Assembly: GCA_019114625.1 (NCBI GenBank)
Contig: DXFD01000083.1
Location: forward strand, 1,845-65,844
DNA length: 64,000 nt
Direction of reading: 5' to 3'
From: Candidatus Borkfalkia faecigallinarum
GTDB lineage: Bacteria > Bacillota > Clostridia > Christensenellales > Borkfalkiaceae
A program made the translations under genes and the position numbers. The notes under the pieces were generated by a model that was given only the letters and a program-made list of their open reading frames with translations, was not told the origin of the DNA and ran no database searches. Below are positions 26,557-35,751 of this stretch, piece after piece. Within the stretch, counting starts at the first letter, position 1. The number at the start of each line of letters is the position of its first letter.

Positions 26557-28815
26557 ATGAAGAAAAAACTTGTCAAGATCATCAGTATCGTGTTGGCGTT
26601 GGCGTTTTCGCTCGGCCTGATGGCCGGCTGCGAGCTCTTTATCGGCGTCGACAGCAACAAAGACATGGAGCAGGTCATCGCCGAAGTAAACATCGGCGAG
26701 AACGAAGAGGTGCTTTCCGACGCGTTCGAGACGCTCGGCGCCGAGTTGGACGCGGGCGTCGCTTCCCGCGTGGACGAGATCCTCTCCACCGACGCGATCC
26801 ATAAGCGCGATCTCATCGCTTACTTCATCTCCTACGGTTACAGCTATGTCTCCTCGGGCAGCTACACCTATGCGGAGACCTTCGAGCTCCTGCTCGACGC
26901 GCTGATCGACAATAAGATCAACGCGCAGATGGCGGTGCTGTACTACCTGAGCGAGGGCGAAGTGCTCGTCGACCGCGACAACACCGATTCGCACAACGGC
27001 TATACCGCCGTGGAAGGGACGGATGCGCTGCGCATGAACGGCGACATCTCCGTCGACGGCTATCTGGCGGCGGTGAACGCTGCGGAAGGGGATGATGCAA
27101 AGGCGGTCGCCGCGTACAGATACTTCCTCACCGACGACGAGGCCAACTATGCGACCTACGTCGTGATGAGCGCCATCAACAACACCATCGACACCTATGA
27201 AGAGGACATCATCGCCGAGGAGAGCGAGGAGACGACGAGCGACGATTCGCGTACCGTCCCGACCGGCGCCAATGTGCTCGACGACACCTATTACCCCGTC
27301 GTCAAGACGGAGAACGGCCGCGAGATCGATTACGCCGTCTATACCGGGTTCAACACCGTTTCCGAGTGCGGCAAGTACGAGAAGGTGGAAGGCTCGACGG
27401 TGTACACCCGTACGCGCGCCTATGCCCGCTTCCTCAACGCGCTGCGCCAGAACAACCTCATTTCCGACGACGAGTCCACATACGACGTCACGGCTCTGAC
27501 CTACTTTGAGATGGAGCTGAAGTCGCAGATGCAGGCGATGATCATCAACAAGTTCATCGCGACCATCAACCTCGGCATGACCGAAACGCTCGAAGAGCAG
27601 ACGCTGCAGAACATCTACAACCAGCTCGTGACCAGCCAGTCGGTCGCCGCGCAGAGCAATTTCGTTTCCACGATGGACGGAGTCTCCGACACCTCCTTCG
27701 TGCTCTATTCCCCGGAAGATCACACCTACGGCTACGTCTATAACATCCTGCTTCCCTTCGACGCCGATCAGAACCTCACGCTGACCGAGATCCCGTTCAC
27801 GGCAGGCACGAAAGAATATTACGCGGCGCGCAACACGAACCGCGAGCTGTTCTACTCCCTGCAGGCGACCGACCAGCGCGCGGCATGGTTCAACGGCGAG
27901 ACCGATTACAGCTACCTCGCCGAAGGCGACTACTATGTGAACGCCGCCAACGCGGGCCGCGACAACTACCTCTTCTTTGAAGACAGCTACGTCACGAGCG
28001 ACGACGGCATCGCCCGCTATGCAGGCAAGTATCCGTATAACGGCGAAGTCGTGCCGCAGGACGACGATACCTACAAGCTCACCCCCGAAAAGATCGGCAT
28101 CGACGGGTTCATCACCGAGATGCAGGCGTACATCAACTACGTCGTGGGTGCGGACGTCGCGTCGGGCAGCTATTTCAGCGGCAAAGACGCGAGCGGCAAC
28201 GCTTCCTGGACCGCTTCGACGGGGGACGCGTTCTACAACGTCACCGCGTCCGACTTCCTCAAAGCGGACGGCCGCGCGATCGACCAGAGCGCGAACATTT
28301 ATTATAAGGGCTCCGTGGCGGGCGTCGCCGACGTGAGCAAGGCCGACTACCTGCGCGAGGACACGGTCTCCTACAAGGCGCTCTCCGCCGTGAACGAGCT
28401 CATGTTCGCGTACAGCACCGATACCGGCTGCCTCAACGACTACTACGGCTATTCGATCGAGTCCATCGAAACGGCGACCGAGTTCGTTAAAGAATTTGAA
28501 TACGCCGCGCAGGATCTGATCAAGAATGACGGGGTCGGTTCGTATGCGGTGGTCGCGACCGATTACGGCTGGCATATTATCTATGTCACCTTCGTATTTG
28601 ATGGCGGCCTGACCTATGCGGACGGCTTCGTGTATGGGGATCGCCGCGAGGAGGGGACCTTCTCCTACTACTTCTACCAGGCGAACAAGCAGTCGCTCGC
28701 AGAAAACTATGCGTCCGATCGTCAGAGCGAGTACGACAAGCTCCTCAACACCGACGGCTCCGTCAAGCGCTATGAAGACCGCTACAGCGACCTTTTGAGC
28801 ATGGACGCCGAGTAA
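26557..28815 (+). CDS. Large lipoprotein, PrsA/parvulin-type foldase-like
   Basis: Lipobox MAGC (Cys25); FVKEFEYAA and ATDYGWHII parvulin motifs; position after mfd matches prsA. Confidence 0.65.
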   Translation: MKKKLVKIISIVLALAFSLGLMAGCELFIGVDSNKDMEQVIAEVNIGENEEVLSDAFETLGAELDAGVASRVDEILSTDAIHKRDLIAYFISYGYSYVSSGSYTYAETFELLLDALIDNKINAQMAVLYYLSEGEVLVDRDNTDSHNGYTAVEGTDALRMNGDISVDGYLAAVNAAEGDDAKAVAAYRYFLTDDEANYATYVVMSAINNTIDTYEEDIIAEESEETTSDDSRTVPTGANVLDDTYYPVVKTENGREIDYAVYTGFNTVSECGKYEKVEGSTVYTRTRAYARFLNALRQNNLISDDESTYDVTALTYFEMELKSQMQAMIINKFIATINLGMTETLEEQTLQNIYNQLVTSQSVAAQSNFVSTMDGVSDTSFVLYSPEDHTYGYVYNILLPFDADQNLTLTEIPFTAGTKEYYAARNTNRELFYSLQATDQRAAWFNGETDYSYLAEGDYYVNAANAGRDNYLFFEDSYVTSDDGIARYAGKYPYNGEVVPQDDDTYKLTPEKIGIDGFITEMQAYINYVVGADVASGSYFSGKDASGNASWTASTGDAFYNVTASDFLKADGRAIDQSANIYYKGSVAGVADVSKADYLREDTVSYKALSAVNELMFAYSTDTGCLNDYYGYSIESIETATEFVKEFEYAAQDLIKNDGVGSYAVVATDYGWHIIYVTFVFDGGLTYADGFVYGDRREEGTFSYYFYQANKQSLAENYASDRQSEYDKLLNTDGSVKRYEDRYSDLLSMDAE

Positions 28816-28832
28816 AAATCAAACAAGTTTTC

Positions 28833-28864
28833 AACCGCCCGCGGCGATCGCCGCGGGCGGTTTT
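28833..28864 (+). terminator. Intrinsic terminator
   Basis: AACCGCCCGCGGCGATCGCCGCGGGCGGTT palindrome followed by Ts. Confidence 0.8.
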
Positions 28865-29034
28865 ATCATATACAGGCGGTTCGCCGTGCCGCGGCCGCAA
28901 AAGAGCGCGGCTGTTTTTTGTGCCGCAGTCGAATTGGCCGCACATGGACGATCGGGCGCGCCTTGCATTGCTGCGGAATCCGCCGGGTCAGATGTCATAA
29001 TATTGCAATATTTTATCAAAACAATGATGAATAG

Positions 29035-29064
29035 TTGACAGGAGGGGTGGGGTAGTGCTATAAT
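29035..29064 (+). promoter_or_regulatory. sigmaA promoter with nearby palindromes
   Basis: TTGACA-N18-TATAAT with TG extension. Confidence 0.7.
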
Positions 29065-29093
29065 AGCAATACTTTACAAGGAGGGATTTTTCT

Positions 29094-32000
29094 ATGAGAA
29101 AAATCTGGAAGACGTTGGCAGCGTTCGGGCTTTCGGCGGCATTGTGCGTGCCGATCGCCGCGTGCAGCGCAGGCCAGAACGGCAAATCGGCATACGAGAT
29201 CGCCGTTGAAAACGGTTTTGAAGGCACGGAACAGGAATGGCTGGAAAGCCTGAAAGGGGAGCCGGGCGAACCGGGTACGAGCGGTTCGGACGGCCAGAAC
29301 GGCGCGGCCGGTCAGGACGGCGTCGGCGTGAAGGACGCGGAGATCAATGACAAGGGCGAGCTCGTCATCACCCTGACGAACGGCCAGGTGCTCAATCTCG
29401 GCGTGGTCGTCGGCGCGGACGGCGAACAGGGCCCCGAAGGCCCGCAGGGCAAGCCCGGCGAGGACGGCGAAGACGGCGAGCAGGGCCCCGCAGGCCCGCA
29501 GGGGCCGCAGGGCGAGCCCGGCGAGGATGGCGAAGACGGCGTCGGCATCGACGACATTACATATCGCTACGAGTACGACGCGGAGGAAGACTGCTTCTAT
29601 ACGGTCATCGTCTTCGAGCTGTCGGACGGCAGCACGAAGGAAGTCAAAGTTCCGTCGGCTGCGGCGGGCGCGGGCGTGAGCTATTCCGCCGCGACGACGG
29701 AAGAAGCCATGGCGCTCTATAACGGCGGCGCCGAAAGCATCGAGCTCACGGCGGATAATTACACGGCGGCGAGCAAGGACGAGCTCGAAGTCCTGTTCAA
29801 GTTCGGCGCGAAGAAGGTCACCTTCGCCGACGACATCGCCGTCGCCCCGCAGGGACCGGATGAGGACATACTGACCGCGCAGCTGACGATCACCCAAGAC
29901 ACGACGATCGATCTGAACGGCAAAACGCTGTCCGTCGACTACCGGGAGGGCGATAATTATCCGTTTTCTTCGCTGCTGATCTGTGTAGACGGCGCGGAAG
30001 TCGCGATCGAAGGCGACGGCACGGTCGACGCGGAGGCCGGGGATAATAATTCGTATGCCATCAATGTGATCAATGGCGGCAGGCTGACGATCAACGGCGG
30101 CCGTTATTACGGCGCGACGACTGCCGTCCAGGTGACGAAAGGCGAATTGATCGTCAATGACGGCTATTTCGGCCTCGCAAAGACGATCAGTGAGGCTACG
30201 GGCGATCTGTATGCGAAATACATCGTCAACTGCATCGACTCCGCCTATGCGGACGGGTCTGCCAAGATCACGCTGAACGGCGGCACCTTCGGGTATGATT
30301 ATTCCGCCGGGGCGGAGAGCGACGGCGGCACCTATATCGCAGACGGCCTGCTCAGCTTCGGGACGGAAGAGGGCGCCTATACGATCGGCACTCCGGAAGA
30401 AGCCGCCGCGGCCGGTTATGTCGCGTCCGTCGGGCAGGCGTCGTATCAGACCGTGGCCGAGGCGGTAGAGGCCGTCCCTGCGGGAAAAATCAGCGTGATC
30501 GAAGTCTTTGCCGATGCGAAGCAGAGCGCGCCTCTCGCGATCACCGCTTCGATGACCATCCGTTCGTCGGAGGGCGCGACGCTGACGTTTGATAACTGCG
30601 GCGCGATCCAGATCCGGGCCGACGGCGTCGCCCTCGTGCTGGAAAACATCGTTTTGCAGGGCGTCGGCGCGGCAGGAACGGAAGCGGGCGCCAATGCCGG
30701 TATCTCCTGCGGCACGGGCAACCTGACCACCAACTATGCAGTGGAGCTGACGCTGACCGGCGTCACGATCGACGGCTTCGATTACGGCATCTATCTCGCC
30801 GCACAGAGCGGCGCCGGCAAAGCGGCGACCGTGCAGGCGAATGCCCTCGCCGTGCAGAATTGCCTGATCAAGGGTGTTTACGCGGAAAATCTCACCGATT
30901 CCGCCTTCGACGGCTGCACGTTCGCGAACAACGGCACCGATCCCGACAAGGTCAACGAGAGCTTCAAGGCATGGGTGAGCGGCGTAGATATCAACCTCAA
31001 GTACGGCGACTATGCGAACATCGCTTTCACGGGCTGTACGTTTGAAGGCAACGGCGCGAACAGCGGCGGCGCGCTCCTGATCAAAGCGCGCGACGACGGC
31101 AGCTACGCTTCCGATCCCGCGACGCTGACGGGCGTCACCGTGACCGGCTGCACTTTTATCGGGAACAACAAGAACATCGTGCTCGGCGAGCCGGATAAAA
31201 ACAACCGCACGCCCGCCGAAGTGACCATCGATGACGAGTCGCTCATCACGGCGGACCATCGTTTCGGCAAGAACATCGCCACGACGGAGGCGTTCACCGC
31301 CGCGCTGGCGTCCGCGCAGGACGGCGATGCTTTGACGCTTACCGGCGAGATCGAATTGACGAGCCCGCTTACGATCGACAAAGCGATCACGATCGACGGT
31401 ATGGGCGAAGGGACGATCTCTGCTTGCTCGATCACCGCGCGTGCGGATGTGACTTTCCGGGATATTACGCTGAAATCTCCCACGAACGCCAACAAAAATG
31501 CGACGCATGTCTATGCGTATGCCGGATGTGAGACGCTCATTTTTGAAGGTGTGACGTTCTCCGATCCGCAGTGGGAGGCGATCCAGATCACTTCTAAGGA
31601 CTTGAAGAAGCTGGTCGTCGATCGCTGTACGTTTACAGCGGCGAATGTCGACGGGGCGGAGAGCAGCTACGGAAATTCAGCCAATGAAGCTATCAGGTTT
31701 ATCCACGTTCAGCCGCTCGTGACCGATAACGTGGTTGCCGATATTACGATCACGAATAATACATTCCAAAATTGTGACAAAGTCGTCGATTCCGTCGTCG
31801 GTATTTTCTATGTCGCGGATGGTTCGACTCTTACGGTCGGCAACAATACGTTTGCAGACTGCAACGCGCCGAACGAGGACGGCACTTCGGGTATGTTCTG
31901 TTTCGGTTGGCCGGCACAAGAGGGGGTCGACTATGTGGATATTTGGAGCGCGGCGACGAATACGACATTTACATACGGTTCGGAGACGGTAACGAAGTGA
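29094..32000 (+). CDS. Surface lipoprotein with collagen-like Gly-X-Y repeats and beta-helix-like domains
   Basis: Lipobox IAAC (Cys24); [26 protein letters not shown] motif; [10 protein letters not shown] repeats; repeated F.GCTF..N. Confidence 0.82.
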   Translation: MRKIWKTLAAFGLSAALCVPIAACSAGQNGKSAYEIAVENGFEGTEQEWLESLKGEPGEPGTSGSDGQNGAAGQDGVGVKDAEINDKGELVITLTNGQVLNLGVVVGADGEQGPEGPQGKPGEDGEDGEQGPAGPQGPQGEPGEDGEDGVGIDDITYRYEYDAEEDCFYTVIVFELSDGSTKEVKVPSAAAGAGVSYSAATTEEAMALYNGGAESIELTADNYTAASKDELEVLFKFGAKKVTFADDIAVAPQGPDEDILTAQLTITQDTTIDLNGKTLSVDYREGDNYPFSSLLICVDGAEVAIEGDGTVDAEAGDNNSYAINVINGGRLTINGGRYYGATTAVQVTKGELIVNDGYFGLAKTISEATGDLYAKYIVNCIDSAYADGSAKITLNGGTFGYDYSAGAESDGGTYIADGLLSFGTEEGAYTIGTPEEAAAAGYVASVGQASYQTVAEAVEAVPAGKISVIEVFADAKQSAPLAITASMTIRSSEGATLTFDNCGAIQIRADGVALVLENIVLQGVGAAGTEAGANAGISCGTGNLTTNYAVELTLTGVTIDGFDYGIYLAAQSGAGKAATVQANALAVQNCLIKGVYAENLTDSAFDGCTFANNGTDPDKVNESFKAWVSGVDINLKYGDYANIAFTGCTFEGNGANSGGALLIKARDDGSYASDPATLTGVTVTGCTFIGNNKNIVLGEPDKNNRTPAEVTIDDESLITADHRFGKNIATTEAFTAALASAQDGDALTLTGEIELTSPLTIDKAITIDGMGEGTISACSITARADVTFRDITLKSPTNANKNATHVYAYAGCETLIFEGVTFSDPQWEAIQITSKDLKKLVVDRCTFTAANVDGAESSYGNSANEAIRFIHVQPLVTDNVVADITITNNTFQNCDKVVDSVVGIFYVADGSTLTVGNNTFADCNAPNEDGTSGMFCFGWPAQEGVDYVDIWSAATNTTFTYGSETVTK

Positions 32001-32026
32001 TCGGCTGCGGCCGTTGGATCAAAGCA

Positions 32027-32301
32027 GAAGGGAGGCAAGTTTCCGCTTGCCTCCCTTTACTTTACGGCGCTTGTGGTTCGCTTCCCGCTCTCGCCGCAAC
32101 AAAAAGGGACAAGGGCTGCTTGCCCTTGTCCCTTTTGTGGAGCGAGAGACGTCCATTGCGCCCTTCGGGCGCAAAGCTCTTCGAGCACGAACGACAAGCG
32201 GGAAAGAGTTTTACTTTCTACCCGAATTTTACGGCGCTTGTGGTTCGCTTTTTCCGGTTCCAAAAAGAGACCGCCGCGGCAAAAGCCGCGGTGGCCTCTT
32301 T
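32027..32301 (-). repeat. tRNA-Gly-linked repeat region with hairpins, twin GNA hairpins and a tRNA 3'-end copy
   Basis: TGGAGCGAGAGACG at 32138-32151 equals the tRNA end 32302-32315; TTTACGGCGCTTGTGGTTCGCTT at 32061 and 32228. Confidence 0.85.
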
Positions 32302-32376
32302 TGGAGCGAGAGACGGGAATCGAACCCGCGGGAATCAGCTTGGGAAGCTGACGCCATACCATTAGGCGACTCTCGC
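32302..32376 (-). tRNA. tRNA-Gly(CCC)
   Basis: Minus strand GCGAGAG...TCAGC-TTCCCAA-GCTGA...GGTTCGATTCC...CTCTCGCTCCA. Confidence 0.93.
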
Positions 32377-32398
32377 ATATTTCCTGCAACTGTTATTT

Positions 32399-32427
32399 AT
32401 TATAGCGCATTTCCCAAAAATATGCAA
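32399..32427 (-). promoter_or_regulatory. sigmaA promoter of tRNA-Gly(CCC)
   Basis: TTGCAT-N17-TATAAT on the minus strand. Confidence 0.7.
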
Positions 32428-32472
32428 TCAAAATGAGCCTCTTGGCGGCAAAAATATTCCCCGCGGCAAAAT

Positions 32473-32551
32473 GCCGCAGGGAAAGGGCCCGCATCGGGCT
32501 CGCGCCTTTCAACGCTTCGCCGCAGGGAAAGGGGCCGCATCGGGCTCGTGC
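32473..32551 (+). repeat. Direct repeat of ~33 bp, 46-bp period
   Basis: GCCGCAGGGAAAGGG(C/G)CCGCATCGGGCTCG at 32473 and 32519. Confidence 0.8.
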
Positions 32552-32609
32552 TGCGCCGGTTGGCAGGCTTCTTGCCGCAGGCAGGGGCGCTCTTTGCTGG
32601 GCGGGCCGC

Positions 32610-33818
32610 TCAGCCGAGCAGCTTCGGCATCAGCGCATAGCCGTTCCCGACGAAGATGCCCGTCGCTTTGGCGCTTTCCTCATCGTAGGTGACGGCGCCG
32701 CAGCCGTGTTCCCGCTCGCTGTCGTACAGCAGATAGGGGACGGGGTCGGAGACGTGCGTGCGCACGGCGATGGGGGTCGGGTGATCGGGGCAGATGAGCA
32801 TACGGAAGGGCTCGCCCGCTTTGCGCAGACCGTCGACCAGTTTGGCGACGACCTTTTCGTCGATCTGTTCGATGGAGTAGATCTTGTGCGCGGTGTCGCC
32901 CTGGTGCCCGCATTCGTCGGGGGCCTCCATGTGGATGTACACGACGTCCAGCCCGCCGAGCAGCGCGTCCAGCGCGGCGTCCGCCTTGCCGGCAAAGTTT
33001 GTGTCGTAATTGCCGGTCGCGCCGGGAACGTCGATGACGCGCATCCCCGCGCCGATCCCGATCCCTTTGACGAGGTCGACCGCCGAGATCACGCCGCCCT
33101 TTTTGCCGAACTTCTTTTCAAAATTTTCGAGGGCGGGACGGGTCCCCTCGCCCCAAAGCCAGATCGAGTTGGCGGGATTTTTCCCCGCGGCGACGCGCGC
33201 GCGGTTGATCGGGTGGTCGCGCAGCAGCTGCGCCGAACGCTCCATCAGCGCGAGATAGAGCGCGCCCTCCGGCCCCTGCGGCAGATAGCTGCGGACGGGC
33301 TTATCCAGGATATCGTGCGGGGGCGTCAGCTCGTGGCCGATCTTCCCGTCCTTGACGACCAGGCAATGCCGATAGCTCACGCCCGCATACAGCGTCAGGC
33401 GGTCGCCGTCGAGATTTTCCTTCAAAAAGCGGACGAGTTCCGCCGCCTCCTCCGTCGAGATCTCTCCCGCGCTGTAATCGAGCATGGTCTTGTCCGCGTA
33501 GTTCGCCTCGTCGGAAAGGGTGACGAGGTTGCAGCGCAGCGTCACGTCGGTGTCGGCGAGGTCGATGCCGATGGAGAGCGCTTCGAGGGGAGAGCGCCCC
33601 GTATAGCAGCCGTGCGGGTCGTAGCCGAGCACGGAGAGGTTGGCGACGTCGCTGCCCGGCTTGAACCCGTCGGGCACGGTGCGGCACAGCCCGACCTCCG
33701 CCTTTTGGGCGAGGGCATCGATGTGCGGTTTGCGCGCCGCCTGCAGCGGCGTCTTGCCGCCGAGCGCTTCCAGCGGATAGTCGGCCATTCCGTCGCCGAG
33801 CACTACGATATATTTCAT
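32610..33818 (-). CDS. apgM: Cofactor-independent phosphoglycerate mutase (ApgM type)
   Basis: LGDGMAD, PGSDVANL, GRSPLEA, EAPDECGH and PDHPTP motifs. Confidence 0.92.
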   Translation of the reverse strand: MKYIVVLGDGMADYPLEALGGKTPLQAARKPHIDALAQKAEVGLCRTVPDGFKPGSDVANLSVLGYDPHGCYTGRSPLEALSIGIDLADTDVTLRCNLVTLSDEANYADKTMLDYSAGEISTEEAAELVRFLKENLDGDRLTLYAGVSYRHCLVVKDGKIGHELTPPHDILDKPVRSYLPQGPEGALYLALMERSAQLLRDHPINRARVAAGKNPANSIWLWGEGTRPALENFEKKFGKKGGVISAVDLVKGIGIGAGMRVIDVPGATGNYDTNFAGKADAALDALLGGLDVVYIHMEAPDECGHQGDTAHKIYSIEQIDEKVVAKLVDGLRKAGEPFRMLICPDHPTPIAVRTHVSDPVPYLLYDSEREHGCGAVTYDEESAKATGIFVGNGYALMPKLLG

Positions 33819-33836
33819 GATCTACTCCTTTGCGGC

Positions 33837-34502
33837 TCACAGCTGCCAGTCGATGGGTGCGATGCCGTGCGCCTGCAGATATTCGTTTGTTTTGGAAAAG
33901 TGCCTGCAGCCGAAAAACCCGTTGTAGGCGGAGAGGGGGGAGGGGTGCGCGCATTCGAGCACGAGGTGTTTTTCGCGGTCGATGAGCGGCTTTTTCGAGC
34001 GCGCGTTCGCGCCCCAGAGGATAAAAACGACGTGCTCGCGGCGCTCGCTGATCAATTTGATCACGCTGTCGGTGAACCACGTCCAGCCGCAGTCGCGGTG
34101 TGAGTTGGCCATGTGCGCGCGCACGGTCAGCGCCGTGTTCAGCAGCAGCACGCCCTCCTTCGCCCACTTGGTCAGATCGCCCGACTTCGGGACGGTGCAG
34201 CCGACGTCGTCGTGCAGTTCCTTGTAAATATTGACGAGCGACGGCGGCGGCTGTACGCCCTCCTGCACGGAAAAGCAGAGCCCGTGCGCCTGCCCCTCGT
34301 TGTGGTAGGGGTCCTGCCCGAGGATGACCGCCTTCACCCGTTCGAGCGGCGTCAGTTTGAAGCAGTTGTAGATGTCGTACATATCGGGGTAGACGACGTG
34401 GTGCGCGTATTCCCGCTTCAAAAATTCGCGGATCTTCCGATAGTTTTCGCTCTGAAACAGGGGCGCGAGCGCCTCGTCCCAGCCGCCGCCCAGCTTGATC
34501 AT
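33837..34502 (-). CDS. ung: Uracil-DNA glycosylase, family 1
   Basis: ILGQDPYH, PPSLVNIYKEL, GVLLLN and HPSPLS motifs; ATG 34502 overlaps the luxS stop. Confidence 0.97.
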   Translation of the reverse strand: MIKLGGGWDEALAPLFQSENYRKIREFLKREYAHHVVYPDMYDIYNCFKLTPLERVKAVILGQDPYHNEGQAHGLCFSVQEGVQPPPSLVNIYKELHDDVGCTVPKSGDLTKWAKEGVLLLNTALTVRAHMANSHRDCGWTWFTDSVIKLISERREHVVFILWGANARSKKPLIDREKHLVLECAHPSPLSAYNGFFGCRHFSKTNEYLQAHGIAPIDWQL

Positions 34503-34984
34503 TTCTCTTCCTCCGCGCGGCGCGCCTTTTCTTCTTCCGCGGCGAGCTCCTCTTCGGGCAGGGCGTCGAGCAGGGCGAGATAGGCCGCGCATTCCGATTT
34601 GGCGCCCGCAAGGTCGTGCTCCTGGTAGTTGCCGCACTCGCTGCGGTGCGAGCCGGGCACTTCGTCCATGTCCGCGCAGGCGGCGAGGGCGGCTCGCACC
34701 GCTTCGAACGCCGCGCGGTAGGAGATGCCTTCGCTGAGCAGATAAAAGCCGGTGCGGCAGCCCATGGGACCGAAGTAGAGGACGTGTTCCCGCTGCGGCC
34801 CGTTGCGCAGCGCGGTCGCGAGCATATGTTCGACGCTGTGCAGCGCGGCGGGGGACACATAGTCGCCCGCGTTCGGCTTTTTGAAGCGCAGATCGAGCGT
34901 CATCACGCCCTTTTGCAGGGTGGAAAAGTGCAGCCCGGGCTGCATCGCGTCGTGGTCTTTTTCAAAGGAAGGGATCTTATCCAT
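34499..34984 (-). CDS. luxS: S-ribosylhomocysteine lyase LuxS
   Basis: SFEKDH, HSVEH, FGPMGCRTGFY and CGNY..H motifs. Confidence 0.95.
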   Translation of the reverse strand: MDKIPSFEKDHDAMQPGLHFSTLQKGVMTLDLRFKKPNAGDYVSPAALHSVEHMLATALRNGPQREHVLYFGPMGCRTGFYLLSEGISYRAAFEAVRAALAACADMDEVPGSHRSECGNYQEHDLAGAKSECAAYLALLDALPEEELAAEEEKARRAEEEK

Positions 34985-35633
34985 GGAACACCTCCTCGAA
35001 GATGGCGGGCATGGCGCCGCGCAGGGCGGCGAGCGCCTCCTGCAGCTTTTCGTAATATTCGCGCGCGCAGTCCTCGCCGATGCCGTCGGAGACCGATTTG
35101 AACGCGTAGCAGGGCACGCCGGCGGCGTATGCGATGTGCGCGACGGCGGCGCCCTCCATTTCGCGCAGCTGCGCGCCGAGGGCGGCGTACAGCGGCGCCT
35201 CCGCCGAGCCGTCGGTGAAGCGGTCCCCCGTCGCCAGCGTCGCCTTGCGGAATGCGTTTTCGCGCGCGCAGAGGGGAAGATAGGGGGTCTCGTACTCGTT
35301 CAGCGTCCCGACGGGCGTCCCGTTGACGGCGTGCAGGTCGAAGTCATACTGCACAGCGCGCTCCACCTGCCAGAGCGAGCCGATCTTTGCCTCGGGCACG
35401 ATCCCGCCCGCGACGCCGAAATTGAGGATCTTGTCCGCGCCCAGCGTCAGGGCGAGCATGGTTCCCGCGGCGGCGTTCGTCTTTCCGACCCCGCACAGCA
35501 CCATTCCGAAATCATGGCCGAAGGCGTTCCCTTCGAGGACGCGCTTGCCGTAAAGGGTGCGTTCCTTCAAAATTTTGGCGGCGCTCCGCAGCGTGTCGGC
35601 CTCGTTCTGCATGGCGACGACGGCATACAGCAT
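34977..35633 (-). CDS. mtnN: 5'-methylthioadenosine/S-adenosylhomocysteine nucleosidase
   Basis: AMQNEA, CGVGKTNAA, NFGVAGG, TGDRF, EMEGAAVA and KSVSD motifs. Confidence 0.9.
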   Translation of the reverse strand: MLYAVVAMQNEADTLRSAAKILKERTLYGKRVLEGNAFGHDFGMVLCGVGKTNAAAGTMLALTLGADKILNFGVAGGIVPEAKIGSLWQVERAVQYDFDLHAVNGTPVGTLNEYETPYLPLCARENAFRKATLATGDRFTDGSAEAPLYAALGAQLREMEGAAVAHIAYAAGVPCYAFKSVSDGIGEDCAREYYEKLQEALAALRGAMPAIFEEVFHG

Positions 35634-35699
35634 TTGTATTCCCTCCCGTATAGTCTCTCTATATTTTACCACAAGATCGGCCCGTTTTGCAAATTATCG

Positions 35700-35729
35700 G
35701 AATAGGAAAAGCCGCCGCGGCGCATAATA
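35700..35729 (+). promoter_or_regulatory. sigmaG-like (forespore) promoter
   Basis: GAATA-N18-CATAATA matches GHATR-N17/18-CATHHTA. Confidence 0.55.
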
Positions 35730-35751
35730 TTTCAAAAAAGGAGGCATCCAC

